From the NCBI GenBank assembly GCA_964016885.1, contig OZ024751.1, forward strand, positions 744,001 to 808,000: 64,000 nt of DNA, written 5' to 3'. The position numbers and the translations under genes are program-made. This stretch comes from Eledone cirrhosa (Eukaryota). Below the pieces are notes generated by a model. The model ran no database searches and was not told the DNA's origin. It saw only the letters and a program-made list of their open reading frames with translations. This document shows positions 1 to 8,948 of this stretch, in pieces. The first letter of the stretch is position 1. Each line of letters starts with the position of its first letter.

Positions 1-581
1 GCGCAATTGAAAGAGCTAGTATTTTGTGGGCACTTGCTGTTACTTATTGCACCAGAGCACCGGCCACATGTAAAATCTATGTTCTTAGTTAGCTTACCTG
101 TGATCCCACTACATCTTTTATGCACCCATACTTTGCATTTAGGACATAAAATGGAGTTTCTACCTACGCCTTTCCTACACACCGAGCACGACCATTTCCC
201 AGAAGGGACCGCCGCCTTGTTTTCTTTCCTACAAACTAGTACTTTGGTCTTAGCCAGGTTAATTTTAAGTCCTTTTGACTCTAGGGCGTGCTTCCATGTT
301 TGGAATTTCTTCTCTAGCTCGGCCATTGATTCCGCTATGAGTGTCAGGTCGTCTGCGTATAGGAGTTCCCATGGGCAGCCTGTCTTGAACTCCTCTGTTA
401 TAGCCTGAAGGGCAATAATAAATAGTAGTGGGCTGAGAACAGCCCTGATGGACGCCAACTTTTACGCTAAACTCTTCACTATATTCGTTGTTAATTCTAA
501 CCTTGGTGACTGTTTCTTTATACATGGCTTGTATAGCCCTCACAAGCCATTCGTCAACGCCTAGTTTTCTAAGAGCCCACC

Positions 582-585
<4 letters not shown>
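1..585 (-). mobile_element. RTE-clade LINE, 5'-truncated copy (continues past the window start)
   Basis: Near-identical reverse complement of about 3745-4330. Translates to IWWALRKLGVDEWLVRAIQAMY...GVHQG, with a small deletion/frameshift near 443. The 5' end abuts a (TA)n tract. Confidence 0.95.
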
Positions 586-619
<34 letters not shown>

Positions 620-836
620 AATGAATAATAACAGGTAGACATCATAAAAAGGTAATTTATTCCGTGTGCTTACAAGTGTTTCCACGGTGGTACTGCAGCC
701 TAGTTATGCTACGTGCAAATTCACAAGTACTTGCAAGTACAAGCCCTGCAGTCGGGGTCATACATTTTCCTATAAATAAACATATACATATGTATATATA
801 TAAACATATATATAAATATATACATATATATATGTA

Positions 837-2096
837 CAGGGTGCGGACGATATTTGTTCGCAAGATTACTGTCTAGGAAAAATAAGATTTATTTATCAAA
901 CTTGGGTCAGTTTGTCTTCATGACTTGTTCTTTCGATCTCACTCGATTAACCCGCCATTGGCTTTGATGACGGCCTCAAGGCGGCCTTGAAACCGGCTAC
1001 AGGCCTTCGTCACTGTCCCCTGACTTAGGCCCCTAAAGGCACTTATGATCCTGGCCTTCAGATCGTCTTTCATATTGCAGCTAGATCTGTTGGGGTCTCG
1101 TTCCACGGTGCCCCACACAAAGAAGTCGAAGGGGTTACAGTCAGGCGAGCTGGGAGGCCAGATTTCAGGTGAAGTGTGGTCGACGAAGTTCTCTGACAGC
1201 CAGGCTTGGGTCTTTCGGCTGGTATGGCAGGGCGCTGAGTCTTGCTGCCACACGTACGGCCTACCTGCAGCTACCTGGTCGATCCAAGGCTTTACTACCT
1301 CGCTCAGAACGCAGATGTAGCCATGGGTGTTCAGCTTGAGGCTCTCAGGGAAGAAGTGAGGTGGCATGACGTCACCTTGACTGCTGATGATGCCTAAGAC
1401 CAATGTTGTCGCTGGAAACTTTGTCTGCATGACTCTGGGCACGTCTATGGATGAAACAGCGAGCCACCTGTTCTGGGAGTTGATCTTCTGGTCTTGGCAG
1501 AAGTTTTTCTCGTTGGAGAAAAACCACAGCATGTCTGGCTCTAGTGGGTGATACAACTTGTTGATCAGCTTCTTTGCGTTCTTCAGTTGCTTATCTTGCA
1601 TCGCCTTTGACAGCAATTGTCCTTTCCTCATCTTGTATGAAACGTAGCGAATGTCTTCATGCACCACCAGCCTAATGAGCTTTTCATCCATGCCTTTCTC
1701 CCTTGCAATGGCACGCATCGACTTGCTAGGTTAATTGTTGATGATATCCTGAACTTCAGCGACAAACTCGGGCGTTCTGAAGGCGTCAGATCGTCGATCA
1801 TGTGTTTTCCTCTCTGATGTTGTTTCGTAGTCGAATCCTGAATGTTCCAATTCCTTTCTGACTTTTTCCACCATTCTCCTGCTGACGCTGAGAAAGTCTG
1901 AAATTTCCTTATTTGTCCTCCCGGCGCAGATTCCACAAATTTGGAGGTTCAAAATTATTCATAATCAATTATTTTGAAAATAAATAATGGAAATATAGTC
2001 ACTGTTTTTATGAAGACAAGAGTGACAACGGAAGTAAAAAAAATTTGCATAAAATTAAGCAGTTGAAAATTGAGAACAAATATCGTCCACACCCTG
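837..2096 (-). mobile_element. Tc1/mariner DNA transposon, DD37D (maT-like), near full length
   Basis: About 26-bp TIRs CAGGGTG(C/T)GGACGATATTTGTTC(G/T)CAA at both ends, TA duplication at 835-836 and 2097-2098, and an internal transposase. Confidence 0.95.
939..1952 (-). pseudogene. Disrupted DD37D transposase
   Basis: ORFs 1731-1952 and 939-1718 share a frame and are split by one stop. Motifs FSNEK (first catalytic D changed to N) and WQQDSAPCH...SPDCNPFD, with 37 residues between the 2nd and 3rd D. Confidence 0.9.
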
Positions 2097-2187
2097 TATA
2101 TGTTTATATGTTTATATAAATATATATATCACTATATAATTATATATATAAATCATTAGTTATGTAATAAACAACATAAGGCAATTA

Positions 2188-2248
2188 TTTCATTTACCAG
2201 TGGTTTCTTAAAAGCAAAAAAATTTTGCTTTCAATCATCAGAATGAAA
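2188..2248 (-). ncRNA. Type I hammerhead ribozyme with canonical core (Penelope pseudo-LTR type)
   Basis: Minus strand reads TTTCATT-CTGATGA-TTGAAAGCAAAA ttt TTTTGCTTTTAA-GAAA-CCA C TGG-TA-AATGAAA: 7-bp stem I, full core, stem II, short stem III and a GUA cleavage triplet. Confidence 0.9.
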
Positions 2249-2344
2249 AAATCCTGGTGTATTTATTGGCGTTGGATTTAAAAAAACAAAAATATAATCT
2301 ATATGAAAGTGAGGCTGGAAAAGGAAGAAGGAAAGGAAAATAAA

Positions 2345-3230
2345 AACACACATGCAAACACACACACACACACACAATTATATATATACACATATATATA
2401 TACATACACACATACATACACACACATATACACACACACATGTGTATATATATATACATACACATACATATACACATACATACATACACACATAAATAAC
2501 ATATCCATACATACACATACATACAAATACACAAACGTGCATACACACACACATATACATGCATATATATATATATATATATATATACATAAACATATAT
2601 CTACATACATACACACACATACATATATATACACACACATATATATATATATATATATACATACACACACATATACATACATATATACATACATACACAC
2701 AATCATACGTATATACACACGTACATACACATACATACACACATATACACGCATACATACGCATGCACAAATATAGAAATATATACACACACCTACATAC
2801 TCACACACAAATAAATATAAGAAAAAATATATAATAAAAAAAAAATGAATATAAAGATTATTATAGTGTTGACAGCGATACAAGCAACAAATAAATGAAC
2901 AAACACACGTGGTAAGCAATACACAAATGCACGCACACATACATACGTAAAAATAAATACATACACACACTCTCACACATACACATACATATACAAATAC
3001 ATAAACACATACATACCCATACACATATACATACACACACACACATATACATATATACACACACATACATATATATATATACATATTCATACATACATAC
3101 ACATACATATACATACATATCACAAACACATACATACAAATACAAACACACACATATTTGTGTGTAAAACTCATTTTTAGATAATTCATGTGAACCTTGT
3201 TTAACTCTAAAATATATATATATATACATA
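2345..3230. repeat. Compound (AC)n/(AT)n/(ACAT)n microsatellite region
   Basis: Visible directly; it produces spurious YICV/HTYI ORFs. Confidence 0.9.
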
Positions 3231-5318
3231 CAGTCTCCCCCATATCGACCCAATAGAGGGACCAGCAGTGTTAGTCGAGGGGAGTATAATAAGTAAGGCA
3301 ATCAAGGATATGAAGACTGGTAAGGCGGCTGGGCCTTCGGAAATAGTTGCTGAGATGCTGAAGGCATCTGGCACGGTGGGACACACCATGGTCACCCGCA
3401 TAGTTAACCAAGTCGTACAAAACGGGGTTGTTCCGAAGGACTGGCATAGCAGCATCATCGTTAACTGTTATAAGGGTAAAGGAGACGCCCTAGATAGGAG
3501 TAACTATAGAGGCATTAAATTAATCGACCAGGTCATGAAGGTCACGGAAAGAGTGATAGCGCAGCTAATCAGAGAGAGAATTGACCTAGATGAAATGCAG
3601 TTCGGGTTTGTGTCAGGCAAAAGTACCACAGACGCTCTTTTCATAGTACGACAACTACAAGAGAAGTACCTAGCTAAAGGTAAACCCCTCTACTTAGCTT
3701 TTGTCGACTTGGAGAAAGCCTTCGACAGAGTCCCCCGCTCCATTATCTGGTGGGCTCTTAGAAAACTAGGCGTTGACGAATGGCTTGTGAGGGCTATACA
3801 AGCCATGTATAAAGAAACAGTCAGCAAGGTTAGAATTAACAACGAATATAGTGAAGAGTTTAGCGTAAAAGTCGGCGTCCATCAGGGCTCTGTTCTCAGT
3901 CCACTACTATTTATTATTGCCCTTCAGGCCATAACAGAGGAGTTCAAGACAGGCTGCCCATGGGAACTCCTATACGCAGACGACCTGACACTCATAGCGG
4001 AATCAATGGCCGAGCTAGAGAAGAAATTCCAAACATGGAAGCACGGCCTAGAGTCAAAAGGACTTAAAATTAACCTGGCTAAGACCAAAGTACTAGTTTG
4101 TAGGAAAGAAAACAAGGCGGCGGTCCCTTCTGGGAAATGGTCGTGCTCGGTGTGTAGGAAAGGCGTAGGTAGAAACTCCATTTTATGTCCTAAATGCAAA
4201 GTATGGGTGCATAAAAGATGTAGTGGGATCACAGGTAGGCTAACTAAGAACATAGATTTTACATGTGGCCGGTGCTCTGGTGCAATAAGTAGCAGCAAGT
4301 GCCCACAAACTACTAGCTCTTTCAATTGCGCAGAGGGTTCTATAGAAATAGTGGACAGCTTCCGTTACCTGGGCGATAAAATCAGCAGTGGGGGAGGGTG
4401 CTCTGAAAGTACTGTAGCTAGAGTCAGAACTGGTTGGAAAAAGTTCAGAGAGCTTATACCACTATTAGCTGCTAAAGGGTTCTCACTAAAAATGAAAGGC
4501 AGGTTGTACGATGCCTGCATACGAACAGCAATGCTGCATGGCAGTGAGACCTGGGCATTGTGTGCAGAGGATATACGCAGACTAGAGAGGAACGAAGCTT
4601 GCATGCTCCGCTGGATGTGTAACAGTAATATACGTGAACGGCAAAGCATAAACGAACTAAGGAAAAAATTAGAGATAAGAGGGATCAGATGTTGTTTACT
4701 CGAGAGAAGGCTACGTTGGTATGGACACGTGATGCGCATGAAAGTCGATAGCTGTATAACAAAGTGCAGGGCAATAAAGATAGACGGTAGTCACGGAATA
4801 GGCAGACCTAGAAAAACCTGGGACGAGCTGATAAACTCCGACATCACACACTTACACCTCTCCAAGACAATGTCACTGGACCGAGACCTTTGGCGGTACT
4901 CAGTAACAGAGAAGACCCGCCTTACCTAAATATATAGTAAAACCTACTCCAGCCAGTAGGCATCTCTAACAAATACACCCCGTCCCACCACCCCCACCCG
5001 ATCCACACCACCCCGTTCTATGTAAAGTTATGTTGGTGCCGCGCCATCGAGGCCGAAACAAATGAGATCGTGTAGGTGTCACGACAAAAAAACACACAGT
5101 CCACGCTGTAATGTGGCCGTGTAGGCAACACGGTAAAAACCTCCCAGACCCACACTGTAAATGTGGTTGGTGTTAGGAAGGGCATCCAACTGTAGAAAAC
5201 CTGCCAGACAGTCCTATGCGAGCAAGACAATCACTCTTGCCTCAAGTGGGACTACCCCCGTCCAAACCCATGCAAGCGTGGAACACGGACGTTAAACGCT
5301 GATGATGATGATGATGAT
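3231..5318 (+). mobile_element. RTE-clade LINE, young 5'-truncated copy with (GAT)n tail
   Basis: Uninterrupted RT frame (NYRGIKL, QFGF, FVDLEKAFDRV, GVHQGSVLSPLLF, YADD, FRYLG, RRLRWYGHV, GRPRKTW). The 3' UTR ends GGACGTTAAACGCT(GAT)6. Confidence 0.97.
3268..4929 (+). CDS. RTE reverse transcriptase (partial, lacks endonuclease) with embedded PHD-like finger
   Basis: 553-aa open frame with the RT motifs; C4HC3 pattern at 4144-4275. Confidence 0.9.
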   Translation: MLVEGSIISKAIKDMKTGKAAGPSEIVAEMLKASGTVGHTMVTRIVNQVVQNGVVPKDWHSSIIVNCYKGKGDALDRSNYRGIKLIDQVMKVTERVIAQLIRERIDLDEMQFGFVSGKSTTDALFIVRQLQEKYLAKGKPLYLAFVDLEKAFDRVPRSIIWWALRKLGVDEWLVRAIQAMYKETVSKVRINNEYSEEFSVKVGVHQGSVLSPLLFIIALQAITEEFKTGCPWELLYADDLTLIAESMAELEKKFQTWKHGLESKGLKINLAKTKVLVCRKENKAAVPSGKWSCSVCRKGVGRNSILCPKCKVWVHKRCSGITGRLTKNIDFTCGRCSGAISSSKCPQTTSSFNCAEGSIEIVDSFRYLGDKISSGGGCSESTVARVRTGWKKFRELIPLLAAKGFSLKMKGRLYDACIRTAMLHGSETWALCAEDIRRLERNEACMLRWMCNSNIRERQSINELRKKLEIRGIRCCLLERRLRWYGHVMRMKVDSCITKCRAIKIDGSHGIGRPRKTWDELINSDITHLHLSKTMSLDRDLWRYSVTEKTRLT

Positions 5319-5688
5319 ACACATATATACATATATATATACACATATATACCTACACACACATATACATACACATACGTATGCATACATACATACACAC
5401 ACACACACATATAATTATATATATATATATATATGAGAAAGAACATAAATATATATATAAAAAACCTATATATTGTATACATAAAAATAAAAATGAAAGT
5501 AAAAAGTTGGGAATACGACAAATAATAAATAAAAAAATATATTTAGAAAAGGGTATAAATGTTTATAGCAGATTTAGAGCACTCAACAATTCCTGGAGCA
5601 AAAGATCAATGAAAATAAGCATTAAATCACTGAATTTAATTATGCATATATACACACACATACATATATATATATATACACATATATA

Positions 5689-5722
<34 letters not shown>

Positions 5723-6000
5723 AAAACACAACCACAGAAATACACACACATACAATTACGTATATATATATATATATACACACACATATATACATATATA
5801 CATATATATACACACACAAGTACAACAGAAATATATAATATACAATTATATATACATATACATACAGATAGATATAAACATACATACACAGACATATATA
5901 CATACACATATACATATACACACACATATACATACACATATATATACACACACATATATATATATATATACACATATACATACATATACGTAACACACAA
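5319..6000. repeat. Compound AC/AT microsatellite region
   Basis: Visible directly. Confidence 0.85.
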
Positions 6001-6196
6001 AAAAAAATAAATATCTAAAAATAAAAAAATTTGGTATGTGAAGGGTAAGGCAGTAAGTAGGGGGAAAAAAGGGAAATAAATGACAGGAAAAGGTTTAAAT
6101 ATAAGGGGAGATAATGGAGAAAGAGAATACGAAAGTACAGAACGTGGATTCAGCAGGTAAAAAAACTGTAGTGGAAGTAAAGAGCAGAGAAGGAGT

Positions 6197-6900
6197 TCAA
6201 GGTGGTTGAGTTATCATAGGAATGTCAATCCAGTTACAGATCAGATGTGATTTCAGATGAGGACAACATCTGAAGATCTCGGTCTTTGAGTTCAGGCAAG
6301 CAGAAGTGGCTTTCAAGTTTAGCAAAATCCTATATTTTTCCGTGGTACACAAAGAACAATTCTTTGTGCCACTTTGGTACTCCCTCGAATGGTCTAAAAT
6401 AGACCAATCGATAGAGTACAGGATGTTTTTATCCTTGAATTCCAACACCTTACTTGCGAGGGCTGTTGCTGTTCGCTTATCGGAGTGCTTAAAAGAAGAG
6501 GCATGTGCATAAAACCTGGTTTTAAACCTGTCCTGGGTCATGCCAACATATCGCTCACTCCTGGCTGGCTGGTTGTTGATTAAAGGTGTCACTTTAGCCT
6601 CATAAACAACGGATTTGGTGTTACATTTGCCCTGTAATGGGCATTCATCCGGCTTCCTGCAACTGCATCCTGGATTTGTTCTCGTACGATTTGAATTAGC
6701 GATCTTAGACTTCATTGATGGGCAACAAGAGTAACTGATCTTAACTACATTTCTATTATAGCTTATAATATCTATGATTAGGAGGAAAATGTTTATCTAA
6801 GAGGTCAAGGAATTTCCTTCCTACATTAGTTTTGACAGTTAGAGAGAAGGGGGGTGTAAACCAAATAATTTTCCTTTTCCTATTATTGTGGTTAGTTTTA
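6197..6900 (-). pseudogene. Penelope-like element C-terminal region: Cys-rich linker plus GIY-YIG endonuclease
   Basis: CSCRKPDECPLQGKC, VVY...RYVGMT, FKTRF..H..SF, CSLCTTEK and LNSKTE motifs. Upstream WFTPPFSLTVKTNVG matches the PLE thumb/linker. No RT core is present. Confidence 0.88.
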
Positions 6901-7093
6901 GGTGGTGGTGGTGGTGGTGAGTAGGTAAATAATAAATTTTAAGAAACCACTGGTAAATGAAATAATTGCCTTATGTTGTTTATTACATAACTATTAAGCT
7001 CTGTTACCTACATAGAGCACTCTTTTTTCCTGGACTTTTCCGACGGAATTACTTCATTCATTTACATCATTATATATATATATATATATATAT

Positions 7094-7304
7094 ATATTGA
7101 AAGGATAACAAGGACGATTGATTACTCCTTCATTGCATTTATTGATAGGTGACGCGCGTTTCGCCACTGATCAGCTCAAGGTTCGATCTGTATCGATCCT
7201 ACCCGACTCAATAATCGGCGGCTCGACGGACCCTCTTAAAATGCTATAAGAAAATGAAATACATGCTATGTGGTAAAGTCAGAGTTTCAAGAGTTTGACA
7301 AAAT
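7094..7304 (-). repeat. 3' pseudo-LTR of Penelope-like element A
   Basis: Direct repeat of 11624-11827, differing by a 10-bp indel and a few transitions. Confidence 0.9.
7147..7233 (-). ncRNA. Hammerhead-like ribozyme with variant core CCGUCGA and extended stem II
   Basis: GGGT-CCGTCGA-GCCGCCGATTA...TGATCAGTGGC-GAAA-CGCGCG-TC-ACCT; stems I, II and a palindromic stem III pair by eye. Confidence 0.7.
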
Positions 7305-8620
7305 GAGTTGTTTTGATTCGTTGGAAGGATCAAGGGGATGTACTGGCCTGTAGTGTATGTGGGGGTGGATGTGTTGGTGGTGTGGTGGATGTGTTGGTGG
7401 TGCCGAGTCCTTACGGAGATACATAGCTAGACGCTCTTCGTCTGACAAATACGTTGTATATATGTATACACACACACATGTATATATGCGCATATATATT
7501 GATGTATAAACACACACAACACATACGCACAACCTTGCCCACACATATCCACACACACACATATACAGCCATATGGATATATACACACATGTATGTGCAT
7601 GCGCGCATGCGGTCACATATAGGGAGAGGGGGGGGGGAGTATCGGTGGGGGTGGCGAAGGACAAAGATGGAGGGAAGGTGAGAGGCAATGGAGAAGGTAT
7701 TATACATATATACATACAGATACATACACTCATACGGATATGCGCACATACACGTATACATAAACATATACACACACATATATATATACACACATATACA
7801 TATACACAGACACACACACACATACACATACACACAGATTCACCTATATATATATACATATACATATACATATACATATATATATATATATATGCACACA
7901 TATATATGCATACACGCACGCATATTTATACGCCCGTATATGTAAAAAAAACTTACACACAGACACACACTTGCATTGGTTGGGGAGTGGAGGTATGTGT
8001 TGGCGGTGTTGATGAAGTATGGAGTTGTGTCTTGTGGTGGTGGTGGTGGTGGTGGAGTTGTGAGCGACAAAAATATACAGGATCGAATAGTGCGATGGGT
8101 TACATGTTAAAAGGTGACATAGGGAACGCGGGGGAGAAGAGTTTATGGACGTATAGCGATGTGTGTTGTGGTGGTGGTGGTGGTGCTGGGGTGATATGTT
8201 CAACAAAATGATTACATGATCAGATGTTACGGTGGGTTACAGGGTAAGGCAGACGGAGGGCGGATATAACACAGTCGATCTGGGAGTGAGGGATGATGTG
8301 TTGATGATGTTAATGATGTTAATGATTGTTGAAGTATGTGGATGTATATAGTGGTGGCGGTGGTGGTGTGTGCGACTACATTTACAGGGTCGATTTAGCG
8401 TGGGGTTGTAGGTTAGAGTAGACAGAGGGAACATGGGGGGGATAAGGTTGCGGGTGTGTATGGTAGACATATGACGATGTGTGGTGTGGTGGTGGTGGCG
8501 ATGGTGTGATATGATCGACATTGTATTTACAAGATCCGATGTTACTATGGTGTGCAAGGTAAAACCTATCATAGAAGACCGATCGAACACAATGTTGCAA
8601 GGATGAGGGGTGTATGGCGA

Positions 8621-8948
8621 TGTGATTTTTGGTGGGGGTGATGTATGCGGCATGATATACAAAATACGGGCTTAGAAATGGTTACATGCAGTACAATAAC
8701 ATAAATTCGCTGAGATGGGCGATGGTGAGACGGGGCAGAGGTGGTTATTATTATGCTGGGTCATGGTTAGTGTGATTTTTGGTGGGGGTGATGTATGCGG
8801 CATGATATACAAAATACGGGCTTACAGATGGTTACATGCAATACAATAAAATAAGATAAAAGAAAATAAAATTAATAAATTCGCTGAGATGGGCAATGGT
8901 GATACGGGGCAGAGGTGGTTAATTATTATGGTGGGTCATGGTTAGTGC
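8621..8948. repeat. ~150-bp tandem duplication at the ORF end / 3' UTR of Penelope A
   Basis: TGTGATTTTTGGTGGGGGTGATGTATGCGGCATG starts at both 8621 and 8771. Confidence 0.85.

Larger units (their letters stand above)
2151..7070 (-). mobile_element. Putative 5'-truncated Penelope-like element B: inverted 5' pLTR piece, GIY-YIG ORF end, microsatellite-rich 3' region with a nested RTE, and a hammerhead-bearing 3' pLTR
   Basis: GIY-YIG ORF at 6197-6900. Segment 6938-6993 is the reverse complement of about 2157-2213, which overlaps the hammerhead. The overall extent is inferred. Confidence 0.55.

Noticed and set aside
7-408. Antisense ORFs over the RTE/CR1/Penelope coding regions (e.g. 7-408, 3924-4325, 22631-23008)
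   Set aside because: Shadow frames of retroelement ORFs with no independent motifs.
2238-3301. Long ORFs rich in Y/I/C/V/M or H/T/Y/I (also 5252-6010, 7287-8211, 36481-37803)
   Set aside because: They are translations of AC/AT microsatellites, which lack stop codons in several frames; there are no domain motifs.
7160-7180. CTGATCAG read as the hammerhead CUGANGA core
   Set aside because: It gives no stem I pairing and has C at position 8. The alternative fold using it as the 3' arm of stem II pairs much better.
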